Shown here: one piece after another, positions 1 to 11,333 of the stretch
Layout: each line of letters opens with the position of its first letter
How positions within the stretch are numbered: the stretch's first letter is position 1
Origin: Craspedostauros australis
Taxonomy: Eukaryota
Assembly: GCA_030167865.1 (NCBI GenBank)
Contig: JALAGF010003164.1
Span: 1-47,104 of the forward strand
Reading direction: 5' to 3'
DNA length: 47,104 nt
Made by a program: the position numbers and the translations under genes
Notes under the pieces: model-generated
Told to the model about the DNA's origin: nothing
What the model saw: only the letters and a program-made list of their open reading frames with translations
Databases searched by the model: none

Positions 1-420
1 TGGGCCGTCCTGGTGGCCTTTAACCCATCTCCACTGAAGAGAACACTGAAGCAGAGACTTGACGTGCTCGATTTCCGACAGGATGTCCCAGTCGCGATGC
101 ACAGGACGAGAAGAACCGTCTCTGGCACGGTTGAGCGCCTGTTTCCCGTCGAGCGCAAGGGTGATGGCGGGGATCGACACGTTGTGGTCCTGTTCTAGCA
201 GGAACACGTAGATGAGGGAGGCTAGCACGCCCATGAGTTCGCTTCGGTAGGAGCTTTGCATGTGTGTAACGCCTGGGACCGTCGCCAACACCGAGACCGA
301 CTTCTGAGTGCGTGTGTCGTAGATGATGGAGGCTGATGTACCTCTACCGTCTTTGTAGGAACCGTCGCTCACCGCCACTAGCGTGCCCTCGGTTGCCGCG
401 AGATGCGCGTCCTGCGGTGA
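1..420 (-). mobile_element. Non-LTR retrotransposon fragment encoding an RNase H domain (5'-truncated, continues beyond left edge)
   Basis: Manual translation of the minus strand (absent from the ORF track because it runs off the end) gives an open frame ..LVAVSDGSYK..QSSYRSELMG..LALDGKQAL..DWDIL..WRWVKGHQDGP, i.e. the D-E-D and WVKGH motifs of RNase HI as seen in LINE pol proteins. Recognisable sequence ends near 420, next to simple repeats. Confidence 0.8.
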
Positions 421-1118
421 GACATACACGTGCGCGTACATGTGCGCATGGAGTGGAGTGGAGTGGAGTAGAGTAGAGTACACGCCCATCCACAAATGCA
501 TGCACACATGAACGGATAAACGATTGATGGCACAGTGCTCTCAGCGATACAGGCTATGAGTATGCTGGCAGCGCAACATTCCAGCAGCCCTCGCCTCTCA
601 CAAGACAAATGCAGCCCCAAGCGCACTCATACTCTCTACTCGTAGAGCAGTAGAACACCGTGATCAGCATCTTCATGATGAATCAATCAACAATAGAGTA
701 CTCTACTATGTACTCTGGTAGCAATGGCAGCGCATGGCCTCTGTGTGTGTATCTGTGTGCATGCTGCCGTTCCTGTTTGGCAAACCATCCGTTTCCTCCA
801 CAATCTCGTGCTACGAGTGTCATGCGGATCACACCACCGACGGCATGGTCGCGAAAGTAGAAGAACTGCACGTTCTATCATGCTCGCGTTCCAAATTGGG
901 CGTCGCCCCCCAGCACTCGTACACACAAGCAGAGTGTCATCTTTGGCGTCTTCTTTCCGTGGTTGTAACACAGAGATGCCTCCGACCACGGAATTGGCGG
1001 CTCTCCTGCATTTGACAATTGGCACTCTGGGGTCCACTCATCCTTGGCGTTGCCTGCACTACCACCTCACTCTCTTCCACTCCATTCCGCGCACTACGCA
1101 TTGCATTCTGCATAATGC

Positions 1119-2492
1119 TCACTTGATGTTGCCTGTTGCTGGAACTTCCCGTTCTTCGTATTCCAGCAGGTTGGAACGCTTTCCTCCCGTGTTCAAGTAG
1201 GAAATGAGGAAGAAGAGCCCCCCATACGTCACCGCTCCTTTCAACATGCCTTGTGGTCCCTCTGTGGCGATTGTGTTACGATTGCATTCGGATTGCGCCG
1301 TCATGTTTCGTCGTCATTCGCGCATACATTCAATGCAATGCAATACAAGGAACGCGAAAGAATTGCAAATGTGAGCATGGACAACAACATACGCAACCGG
1401 AGTAATGTGGGAACGACGGCGAATGCAACGGTATGCACAAACAATAGTCAAAGGATCATCAAACGATAGTTCATCAACGACGAGAAGTTTTCTGTTGGCA
1501 GCCCAAACATCTGACTCCTCCAATCCAATGCAAATGCCGACACCTTCCACACACATACACAGACACAAACTCCCCCGCGCCGCTGGATGCAATGTGAATC
1601 CAACCGATGACTCACCCTTCCTGGCAAACCAGGCACCTGCGAGCGCGCTTGAGAAGATGGAGTTCCAGGCGTCGTTGTCCTGCTGTTGCGGACTGCGGAA
1701 CATGACGACGACGGCTTCCGATCCACCAAAGACGGCGCTGACGCTGCCCCAGCTCTTGGCCCATCGGAAGGACCTGCCGTTCATCCGCTTGAACCGGGAG
1801 GTGGATTCCTGGATGAAGCGGTTGGACATGGACGCTGCGGCTGTGGACGGCCCCGCCGTTGGATTGAAGATGAGCCCGGGCAAACCGACGATGGTGCCGA
1901 GCGTGTACGCCATGAGGAATCCCGTGGCGTATTCGAAAATAATGGTGAAGCCCACGTTCGCAACTCTGTACACAGTGCGACTGATGGGACCGAGATTGGA
2001 AAAGTCGACCTCCTCTTCGTCGGAATCGGGGTCGGTGGCAGCAGTCGGCACAGCCCTCTTTCGTTTGGCGACCTTGCCATCGCTCGCAGCAGGCTTCTTT
2101 GACTTGCGCGCCACCAGAAGGACTTCCGGCGCTGCGTTGCCGACGCCGTACCGCGACGAAGCAGCCGACGAAGTGAATCTTCTGCGTCCTCGCTGATGTC
2201 CTGTCTGTTGCCATCCTCGGGAAGATGACCCGCCGGAACCCCACTGCAGCTGCCGTTGCAACTCTTCCGATGCGCGCGTCCGTGTCAACCCGAGCACGGG
2301 GGCCGTCGTGGAGGACGCAAGCGACGCCGATCGGGCTTCGCACACCGGTATCGTCATGATGCCATGCGTGGAGAGCATCAGCAGGATGGCGAGCATGCCT
2401 CCCAACAATCCTCCCGGTCTTCTGTCTCTTGATGTCATGCGAGAGCCTGGTCTTTCGGATGATGCCTGCCGCATTCTTCCCATCATGGTCAT
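1119..2492 (-). CDS. Tim17/Tim22/Tim23 (PRAT) family translocase-like membrane protein; exons 2492-1616 and 1261-1119
   Basis: Motifs AKSWGSVSAVFGGSE and DAWNSIFSSALAGAWFARK. A GTGAGT donor at 1615 and a CAG acceptor at 1262 join in frame to EGPQGMLKGAVTYGG (877+143 nt = 340 codons). True start among several Met codons is uncertain. Confidence 0.85.
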
Positions 2493-2596
2493 CGTTGGTG
2501 CCTTCGTTGGTGCCTTCGTTGGTGCCTTCGTTGGTGCCTTCGTTGGTGCCTTCGTTGGTGCCTTCGTTGGTGCCTTCGTTAGGTACCTTCGTTAGG
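2492..2596. repeat. 12-nt minisatellite (TCGTTGGTGCCT) x7 plus 2 degenerate units
   Basis: Directly visible; abuts the first ATG of the Tim17-family gene. Confidence 0.95.
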
Positions 2597-3239
2597 TGTG
2601 ATGAAAGATAGAGTAGAGTATGCACTTCTATTACTATGCAGATTCACAACACCGTGCTTGTTATTGCACGAGTAGATCGTATTATAGGTGTGTGCGACTG
2701 CCAGTGTAGCCTTTGAACAGAGTGTAATAGTAGACTACTACTACGATCTATGACGCGTAAGTATACAACCTAGGTAGGCAATTGCGGCTACTCCTCCCTC
2801 TGTGCGAACTTGTGTGCTTTGTCAGGCTTTGGTGGCAACACGCCAACAGAGGTGTCAAGAACACCCCACCACAACCAACCACCGCCAACCACCAAGCGTC
2901 CGTATCTTTCTACAGTTCCCGTCTGGGTCATGTTTCAACAGGAACAGTCTACGCCATCATCGAGCGACGAATCTAGAGAGACAAACAAGAGAGATGGAAC
3001 ACTTGCGACCCTACCAGAGCAGTATTATATCATAGAATACGAGATACTAATACACCATGCTTTACCATACCTAACCATACCTACTCGTAATATTGCTTGT
3101 ACTATTGCTTGTACCATTAATATTCGTGCATACCGTGCGTTCGTATTTACAGCATGCTGAAAACAATGCTGAGAGAAGCAGAACCGAACAATGATTATTG
3201 TGCACACTGCATACTGGACATGTAGTCGTAACAGCGCCC

Positions 3240-4391
3240 TCAGAGCAGTCGGCACTTGGGAAGATCCACATGGAAGGCATGATCGGGGGAGTCCGTACCG
3301 CTGTCGGATTTGTCCTTGACTCCTCGTGCGTTGGGAGGCACGCGGTAGCAAATCTCTTCACCAAGCCGCTTGCGTTCGTGAGCGTGGAATTCCACATTCA
3401 ACGTCTCCGTTGTCTTTGCCCACCGTTTCTGCATGCAGATCATGATCCCCATGGCGCATGCGCCAGCAACGCCTAGCGCGGCATTAATACGCAAATAGAC
3501 TTCAAGGATGACAAACTCCAGCAAGGTTAATGTGAGCATCGTTCCCGCATTTCCGTACAAAAAAGAACATGCGAAGTCAACGCGATGTGGTAACCAGATC
3601 AAGCAGAAATTGACTGCTGCCACCTGGCGCAACAATACTCGTACGTTGCGAGTGAAGCTGTTGATCTGCTGGCTGTGCCAGACTCCTGTGGCGCACCACG
3701 TTGCCATGGCTTCACTGTTGCACACACAGAATCCACGCGCAACTGTCTCCAGATCTTTGCTGAGGTACAGGAGGAAGTGGGCACGGCGAATGGCCATTGC
3801 GGGGTCCGACCATTCGAACCCAGAGATGGTGCTGCGCGACCGAATCGCAGCTCTCATGTCAGGAATCCTGTGCGTTGGCTTCGAGTAGTTCGCCAAGTCT
3901 TCTCCCTTGTACTTGTTCACCGTGATTATCATTCCGGCGAGCTTGGGTGGGGCGATGAAATTCGCAAGAATGGCCATCGTCATCTGCGCATCCTGAAGGA
4001 AACTGCTTCCATCGTCGTCACGACCATTGTCGCCATGGCTCTTGCTTTGACGACCGTTGCAGTACTGCTTATGGTAGGTGCTGAGTTCCATGACATGATA
4101 CGCCACCTCGGCGTCATCGACCTTTTTGTCGTATGGGCAATTGCGATCGTTGGAATCCACTCCCTCCACCTTGACGACTACCACGTGATGATCGAACGGA
4201 AAGCCGTGCTCGGCTGATGATCGGTGGCAGATCTGGTCCCCCGGCTGGAACCGGGAATTGTACAGTCGGTGATGAGATTGCGTGCCCGTACCTGAGGTGC
4301 TTGAGACTCTGGAGAGAGTATCGAAGGCATCGTACTTGGTGTGTTCGAAGTCTTCCTCCACTTTCATCTTCATCGTTGCTTGGTGTTTCAA
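3240..4391 (-). CDS. LRAT-like / NC-domain (permuted NlpC/P60) protein with C-terminal hydrophobic segments
   Basis: FQPGDQI...FDHHVVVV near the N-terminus, and AIRRAHFLL...CNSEAMATWCATG matching the LRAT NCEHFxxWCxTG motif. Confidence 0.7.
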   Translation of the reverse strand: MKHQATMKMKVEEDFEHTKYDAFDTLSRVSSTSGTGTQSHHRLYNSRFQPGDQICHRSSAEHGFPFDHHVVVVKVEGVDSNDRNCPYDKKVDDAEVAYHVMELSTYHKQYCNGRQSKSHGDNGRDDDGSSFLQDAQMTMAILANFIAPPKLAGMIITVNKYKGEDLANYSKPTHRIPDMRAAIRSRSTISGFEWSDPAMAIRRAHFLLYLSKDLETVARGFCVCNSEAMATWCATGVWHSQQINSFTRNVRVLLRQVAAVNFCLIWLPHRVDFACSFLYGNAGTMLTLTLLEFVILEVYLRINAALGVAGACAMGIMICMQKRWAKTTETLNVEFHAHERKRLGEEICYRVPPNARGVKDKSDSGTDSPDHAFHVDLPKCRLL

Positions 4392-5492
4392 TAATGTCTC
4401 CTGGAGCAGAGTTGCTGTGCCTTGACTTGGTTGAACTTGAATTGCGAGATGCTCGTGTGGTTGAACCAGGAGGAAGATGGGGCTCTTCAGAATGTATGGT
4501 ATCGTGCCTGCGAGTGGGATGCACGAGAGATTTCATTTGGTGGTCTGGACCTTGGTCATCCCTCACGATAGCCATGCTGCATCATCGCGTGGTACTCGTA
4601 CATGATGATCGACAGCACCGCGGATACGTAGAGTACGATCTACTGCAGGGAACATCACGGTGCGATCTTCGTTGGAGCTGTTTGGTACGCATGGATACTC
4701 GTGGAGCCGGCCAAGAGAATTCTGGGGTTTACTTGCATCCCAGCGGCTGGCACATCCACCTTGGAGGGAGCTGAGAGTGCCTTTGTAGTCATACCGTGCG
4801 AGTACTATACGCGTGCATACCGCGAAGATCAATATCCATCTCCGCTGAAATTTCATCTCGTAGGAATCATTACGGATCCATTGACAAACACGCTCGTTGC
4901 ATGAGCACCAGCAACCCTCTCTCCACCCTCCTCGTTCTCGTCATTCCAACCAACTTCAAATGCGCTGGATGTTGTGAGAGAGGAGAAGTCTCCAATCCTC
5001 TCCACATTCGAGAGAGGATGTCACCCCAGCCACCAACATGTCACGGTCTGAATTCGTCTCCACAGGCATCGTGGTGGTTCCGAAACATGACTTCCATTCA
5101 CGAACAATCACTTGAATCTTGGCATAATAACGCTTATTTAACGTAAACGGAACACATTCAATAGATATAGCGACGGCATGCGACAAGCCATGTATAAACA
5201 TAATAAATAACGTATTACCGCAACTCCCAATAACATCATCTTTCCTTTTCGACTGTGCCGAAGCACAACGCAAGCAGCTGCAGATCTATCCCGGTCCCGT
5301 GGATGCCCTTGCCATCATCAGCATCGCATGTGTGATATGTATCATGCCCCATGTCATAATAATCTGCTAAGGTGTGCACATTAATCTTAAGGTTGGTATT
5401 CTACTGGACTATACCAATGTTGACTGGACATACACACACACACACACACATCCGCACGTGCACGCACTTGGGCACCCGCGCAATTACGCCAA

Positions 5493-8400
5493 TCAGTACC
5501 CCCAGCGTTGCAACTCTTTGGCTGCTTGGTGGTACCGTTCCAGCCGTTTGCCAGATGGCACGTCCAGGTACGTCGCGATCATGCGCGTCCACTCCAAGGA
5601 TGTTTCGAAGCCGTGGTTGAGCATTGGCAGTTGGCACGGTGACGACGTCGTGCTGCCTGTGTTCCCCTCGCTTCCGATCGCTCCGTGCTTGTGGACCCCG
5701 CAGAGGAATTGGCCGACGAAGACGTGGTCGAGCTGCAGGATGGATTGGATGTGACTGCTCAACCGGACGATGAACTCGATGCCTCTGCATTCGAGGTCCG
5801 TCATCACCATGGGCTTGGGATCTGGACGATGGCCCAGTGCCATGACGACCACGTCCATATCATTGCGCAAGTTGCCGGAGGCGAAACGAACCAGCTCGCC
5901 TCGGGATTCCACCATCTTCAGCATGAACTTCTTGTCGCTCGTTTGCTCTTCGCTGGCCATGTATTCAAAGTCCATCCAGTTGGGGGATTTGGCGAGAGCG
6001 GCCAGGAGATCGGGGTTGGTCTGGAATTCGGGGTTGAAATCGTCGTGCACCCATCCACCTCCTCGGCACATCCAGGCCTTCACGGCTTCCAGCGAGGACC
6101 ACCAGATGGTCGCATGGACCGAATCGAACAGATCCCACAGATCCGAAATGGGGCAGTTCTGGATGGCTTGGACGACGATGTCTGGATACATGGTCTGAAC
6201 CTCGATGGGCACGAGGTAGAGCTCGAAGGTGGGATGCCTGACTGCCTCCCGCACGATGCGGATGTCCTTCTGCAGCGCTTCGCTGCAAAATCCAAAGCAT
6301 TCCGGATCATGGCGGACGCCCTGGAGCATGATCTCCAGGTTGCCAGTGATGGATGGAGGCGAAAACTGTATCGTTTCTGGCATGATGTCCAGATCGTGGT
6401 GCTTCGCGAGATGCATCATCACATCCGGATTGGATAGCAGCGTTGGCAGAACATCGAAGGCGTCCAGCACTACCTCATCGTCCACTTCCTCTTGGCAGAC
6501 CGCCGTCGATGCTATTTCGTAGTTGGTTTGTAGACGGTGTGGCAGTTGCAGGTAGAGGCGGCAATTGTGCCGCAGTGCGCGCTTGCAGAATTGAATGTTG
6601 TCTTGCAGCTTCCTGGGTACTTCGTTCCACCGGAATCCGTGCTTGATGGCCTTGCAGAGAAGCTCGGTATCATGCAGGTACTTTGGCCGGGTGGGTGCCA
6701 CCCATCGCATCATCTGAGCTGGCGCTGATCGGAAGCAGTAGTTCCGCAACAGCGCATCATCCGCAAGGATCTCTGTCTTCGTTGGACCTGGCAGGCAGTA
6801 CTTGAAGGCGAAGCCGTTGTTTCGACATGCCTCGCGGACGATGTCGCGATTGCGACGCAATCGGTACGATGCGTGCAGCAGATTCAACCCGCAGCGCTTG
6901 ACGGCTGCAAGGACCACGCCTTGGTCATCCTTGAGTCGGTGCGAAGCATACTTCAGGACTGGCGTGAGGTGCTTCGATGGCATGGGTGCCAGACTGGTCG
7001 CTGCTTGTGGCGTTGCTGGTGTTGCCGATTCTGCTGGCGCCGCAGATCCATCTGTGACCGCGGATACGCTGATACTTGATTCTGTGTTCGATCCCTTGGT
7101 TGTGCTGTTACTTCCATCTGTACCTGTACCTGTATCTAAACATGTATCAATATGTGTGCTTGCATCCGCGCCTGTGGAACCTCCCTGCCGGAATGCTTCG
7201 ATGGGTTGATAGTTGCCAATGATGCTCAGGACGAAGGCTCGGTGATTGCGCAGCTGCTTGGAAACGAATTTCATCTCTCCCACGTACCCAGGCGTGCAGA
7301 GAACGTGATGCATGAAGGTGCGATTGCGCCGCATTCGATCGCTGAAGTTCTGGAGGAAGTGAGGGAAGAGAAGTTCCGGCGGCGGAAGTTTGCCTGGATT
7401 CGTTGGTGCGCTTTGGTTAGCCGCTCCTTCCGCATCAGTAGTATCATCGTCGGATGCGGCTTGCCGTTGTGGTCGCTGTTGCTGTTGCTGCTGCTTGATC
7501 TGCATGGAGCAGATGCTTTCGACTGTGGCCATAAGAATGTCCTCATCGTCTCTGAGGGGCGTGGACATTTGCTCAATGATGATCGGCTTCTTGCGGATGG
7601 CGGCCAGGATGACTTCCTTGTCGCCTCGCAGCTTTGGTGGAACGGTGAACCGCACATCCTCGTGCCGTTCTGCAAAGTCGGGGCGGTTGATGTAGGCCAG
7701 GATGACGTCGCGATCGTTGCGAAGCGCCTGGCAGACAGAACCGTTGGGGAAGTTGGTGTCGAAGGATGATGGAAGCTTGGGACTCTGCAACGCCGCCAGG
7801 ACAAAATCTTTCTCATCCCGCTCTTGGCGGCTGATGCGTTTCCAGATGCGCTTGGCGTCGACCGACAAACGCGTGAGCTTGACGTGCCTGATCTGATCTT
7901 TCTGCAGGTGCTTGAGATGCTCTCTCCAACACTGGATCTGCTGGAGGCATTGCAAGATCTGCTGGCATCGACTGGGTTGTTTGGTGGGCTTTTTGTGCTG
8001 GTGCTGGTTCGCATGAGCGTTGCTGCTGCTATTGGCATCACCGTTGGCGTTAGCGTTAGCATTGTCGGCGCCGTGATCGTCTTTGCCGTCGGTGATGATG
8101 TCGCTTGTGAGGAAATGAGTTTCCGGCGTGAAGAGGATCGGGGTGATGATGTCCATTCTTGACGATGCAGCCATCGCAGAACCAACGCTGGATGTATCAT
8201 CATCATCATCGTTCCACTCCTGCTCTCCGAAATTGGCTTCCCAATCGGCTTGGAAGAATGACCAGCTTCGGATGGTTTCATCATCTTCGTCGTCGTCATC
8301 ATCATCATCTTCTTCACTGCTGCTGCTGCTACTATCGTCGTAGATCCCGCTGATGCGATCGCCATAATCGTAGTCAGCGTGGACGTTGTAGACGGGAGTT

Positions 8401-9506
8401 CTGACAGTGTCGAAGGTGTCATCGGAGGTATATGAGATGCTGGAGGATGACGATGACGACGATGGTGAAGACGACGACGACGATGATGATGAAGATGACG
8501 CAGAAGAGGAAGAAGATGATGACGCCACCGACGATGAGGAAGAATCCGAGACGGAGTTGATCTCATCTATGATCTCATCCTCAAGAAATTCCTCTTCGAA
8601 CTCGGAATCCGAGAAACTGACAAAGACCCCCGTATTGCGGCTGTGGGCATCGGCCAGCATCCTGCTGATCTGATGCGCGTTGAGATGCGGGTTGTCATGG
8701 TGATCTTCGTGAATGCCGTGGACATCGACATCATCGTCGCTGCTGCCGTTGATGTTGATGTTGCTGCTGCTTCCGTGATGATGAGTATGGTCTGTGGCAG
8801 CGTAGTGATTGGCCTCATCATCGCTGACGGCGAAGGGACTTGGACGACCGTACCTGGACGATCTCTCGGCACGACCGTTGCGAGCACGGAAACGGCGAAG
8901 ATTGCCCAATCGAGAATGGGCAGACGAAGCACTCTCCTCGTCCAACAGTCTCTGCCAATCGTGGGAGGACGAAGATGTGATTCGGAAGACGTCATTGTCG
9001 CTCTGATCGTCGTCGTCGTCGTCATCATCATCATCGTCGTCGTCTTGGGAGAAAGCCGAGTGGATGGTGGTATCGAGGGTGGTATCCAGCGTGGTATCGA
9101 GTGTGGCATTGAGTGTCGAGTCAACAGCAGTGTTGACAGCAGTGTTGACATCGGTATCGGCAGTGTTGACATCGGTATCGGCAGTGCAATCCGCGGTGGT
9201 GGCGGTGTCATCCAACCGGAATCTCTCCACGAAGTCAGGACCCGACGCGGAGCTGTCGCTGTCGGCATCGTTCGTGTGGCTGCTTGTCGCGAGCCGCAGC
9301 GCGACCATGCCCTTGCCTTCTTGGCGGCGCGCCGCGAAGTTTTGGTTGGCCGCCTTGTGGTTGCTCATAGTTTCCGTCGTGCTCATTGGCGAAACGCGAT
9401 CGATGTCGATGCGTGCATGCATGCTTGTGTCGAGGGTGCCCGTGCGATCGCCATGGTCGTTCGCCTTTGGGGAGAGCCCCGCTTGGGGCTGATCTCTGGC
9501 GCTCAT
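5493..9506 (-). CDS. DUF4116 repeat-containing protein with long acidic/Ser-rich disordered N-terminus
   Basis: 1337-aa ORF with many LRxDxxVxLAA repeats (LRNDRDVILA, LRGDKEVILAA, LKDDQGVVLAAVKRCGLNLLHASYRLRRNRDIV, FASGNLRNDMDVV). Confidence 0.85.
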   Translation of the reverse strand: MSARDQPQAGLSPKANDHGDRTGTLDTSMHARIDIDRVSPMSTTETMSNHKAANQNFAARRQEGKGMVALRLATSSHTNDADSDSSASGPDFVERFRLDDTATTADCTADTDVNTADTDVNTAVNTAVDSTLNATLDTTLDTTLDTTIHSAFSQDDDDDDDDDDDDDQSDNDVFRITSSSSHDWQRLLDEESASSAHSRLGNLRRFRARNGRAERSSRYGRPSPFAVSDDEANHYAATDHTHHHGSSSNININGSSDDDVDVHGIHEDHHDNPHLNAHQISRMLADAHSRNTGVFVSFSDSEFEEEFLEDEIIDEINSVSDSSSSSVASSSSSSSASSSSSSSSSSSPSSSSSSSSISYTSDDTFDTVRTPVYNVHADYDYGDRISGIYDDSSSSSSEEDDDDDDDEDDETIRSWSFFQADWEANFGEQEWNDDDDDTSSVGSAMAASSRMDIITPILFTPETHFLTSDIITDGKDDHGADNANANANGDANSSSNAHANQHQHKKPTKQPSRCQQILQCLQQIQCWREHLKHLQKDQIRHVKLTRLSVDAKRIWKRISRQERDEKDFVLAALQSPKLPSSFDTNFPNGSVCQALRNDRDVILAYINRPDFAERHEDVRFTVPPKLRGDKEVILAAIRKKPIIIEQMSTPLRDDEDILMATVESICSMQIKQQQQQQRPQRQAASDDDTTDAEGAANQSAPTNPGKLPPPELLFPHFLQNFSDRMRRNRTFMHHVLCTPGYVGEMKFVSKQLRNHRAFVLSIIGNYQPIEAFRQGGSTGADASTHIDTCLDTGTGTDGSNSTTKGSNTESSISVSAVTDGSAAPAESATPATPQAATSLAPMPSKHLTPVLKYASHRLKDDQGVVLAAVKRCGLNLLHASYRLRRNRDIVREACRNNGFAFKYCLPGPTKTEILADDALLRNYCFRSAPAQMMRWVAPTRPKYLHDTELLCKAIKHGFRWNEVPRKLQDNIQFCKRALRHNCRLYLQLPHRLQTNYEIASTAVCQEEVDDEVVLDAFDVLPTLLSNPDVMMHLAKHHDLDIMPETIQFSPPSITGNLEIMLQGVRHDPECFGFCSEALQKDIRIVREAVRHPTFELYLVPIEVQTMYPDIVVQAIQNCPISDLWDLFDSVHATIWWSSLEAVKAWMCRGGGWVHDDFNPEFQTNPDLLAALAKSPNWMDFEYMASEEQTSDKKFMLKMVESRGELVRFASGNLRNDMDVVVMALGHRPDPKPMVMTDLECRGIEFIVRLSSHIQSILQLDHVFVGQFLCGVHKHGAIGSEGNTGSTTSSPCQLPMLNHGFETSLEWTRMIATYLDVPSGKRLERYHQAAKELQRWGY

Positions 9507-10628
9507 TGTCGTTTGCGTACGCTACGATTACTCGCACGAGTGTGCGTGTTTGAGACAGAGTATCTTGCTTGGTGTTGCCTGAATAGAGTCTTGTTTGTGT
9601 GCGGATATGCTAGAGTGGGAGCGTCCGAGGCGCTCAGTTGGTTGCTCAGCTGGTTGCTTGGAGTATAGAGTAATATTATACGTGTAGGTCACACGTGTAG
9701 GTCACACGAGCAGGTTGCAATAGAATAGTTTGGTCGGATGGCGGATTGTGAGGGCAAAAGTGGAGGCGAAGGCTGCTTCAAACTGTTGGTGGGAGAGAAT
9801 CCTCTGCTTGCCTTGGATCGGGGATGTTGCCCCACGGCGTTCCGTTGCGAGGGTCGCGTTGCACTTTGCCACCCTTGCGTTGATGAATGCCACAAGACCT
9901 TCAGAGTAGGTATTGGCAGGCAGAATACGTTGGTATAGCTCCTGATAGTAATCGGTTGTACTACTATGCGCTCGACTCTGCTCAACTCCCAAGCAAACCT
10001 TCGTTGGGATTTCGTTGCAACAACTCCAATCAACTGTCGTCAATGACCAACCGCAATCAGCACCCGCCAAAAAGAAGATGATGTGACAACGAGCAAGGGG
10101 AATGAGAAAACTTGCGCCGAAGATTTGGCGTCGTGCTCCACCCAACCTCGTTCAACGTTCAGCGCGCACCCATCCGCGCTGCTTTCCGCCTAACTATTTC
10201 ATGTGCCTCCATGCGTTGGACGAGCCATCCCATTGTGCACATGGTACGGGACTCCTTAACTGCGTCCAGTGATGTCTTCGTGTCGGTGTCACATAAGTGA
10301 TGTGGTCGACTGGATCAAATCGAGTCATTCGATTCATGTCACAACGAGAATCGTATCTTTGTTCGTGCTTTGCGTCTGAATCGTGGTGTTGTGTTGTGTC
10401 GTGTTGTGTTGTGTGGCCACGATCGTGGTCGTGTCTCTTCCTGTTGCGCTCTCCACACACCCACATCAACGTCCCATGTGCTGTGTGGATGTGGATACCT
10501 ACGCATGCTCCATGCCATGCCATGCCATGCCAATGTCCATGAACACACTCGCGCACTTGCACAAGCACGTCTGATACTCCTATACTTGTCTTCCACTCCA
10601 CGAATACTCGCAGCAGCACGATCGAAGG

Positions 10629-11333
10629 ATGAAGTCGCAAAAGGAAACGAATCAGGAATGGAACGCCATGGCGGGAGATTGGGATGATCTGGCCAGCAGC
10701 TACCGCAACTCCTTCTGCGGTTGGCTCGACAAGGAGAACATCCTGCCGTCGTCATCATCATCGTCGCAACCGATCACGGTGCTGGACTTCGGATGCGGCA
10801 CGGGCCTGCTCACGGAGAAATTGAGACAGGACCATCCCAGCGCCACCTTCCTCTGCATCGATGCAGCATCGGCGATGGTGGATGCGGTCCAGTCCAAGAT
10901 CCGCAGCGCGGAATGGGACAACGTCCAGGCAATCTGCGTATCCTTGGCGGATTACGATCGCGGCCAGCAGCTCGCCAACAACCTGGAGCAATGGAAGGGC
11001 ACGGTCGACGTGGTGCTCGCGTCATCCGTGCTCACCTTCATCCCATCCTCGGATGTTCCTGGCACCATGAAGGTTCTGGGTGGCCTGCTCAAGCCGGGCG
11101 GGTTGCTGTGTCATTCGGATTGGCCGGAATCCTCGTCACCAGACGATAGCAAAGACGGTGACGACGCAAAGGAAAAGGCAGAGGAGGAGGATGGTATCAT
11201 GACCGAAGCCAAGGCCAAGAAATACTACGAGCATGCTGGGTTGGAATGCGAGAGGATTGAGCCGTCGGTCATGTTCCAGATGGGTCCCAACCAGACTGCG
11301 ACCGTCATCATTGGAATAGCGAGGAAGAAATGA
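10629..11333 (+). CDS. Class I SAM-dependent methyltransferase
   Basis: Motif I VLDFGCGTG, IDAASAMV, VDVVLASSVLTFI, LLKPGG. An upstream exon cannot be excluded. Confidence 0.9.
   Translation: MKSQKETNQEWNAMAGDWDDLASSYRNSFCGWLDKENILPSSSSSSQPITVLDFGCGTGLLTEKLRQDHPSATFLCIDAASAMVDAVQSKIRSAEWDNVQAICVSLADYDRGQQLANNLEQWKGTVDVVLASSVLTFIPSSDVPGTMKVLGGLLKPGGLLCHSDWPESSSPDDSKDGDDAKEKAEEEDGIMTEAKAKKYYEHAGLECERIEPSVMFQMGPNQTATVIIGIARKK

Noticed and set aside
1314-1615. C-terminal 100 aa of the 392-aa ORF as coding
   Set aside because: Reads through a GT-AG intron; the spliced exon 2 restores the family-like C-terminus.
2492-2596. CRISPR-like array
   Set aside because: Contiguous tandem units without spacers, eukaryotic context, no cas genes.
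8643-9668. 341-aa plus-strand ORF and other long overlapping ORFs (1612-2625, 7271-8566, 35594-36481, 35836-36780, 38262-39125, 44007-44798)
   Set aside because: Alternative-frame or antisense shadows of better-supported genes in low-complexity or GC3-rich DNA.
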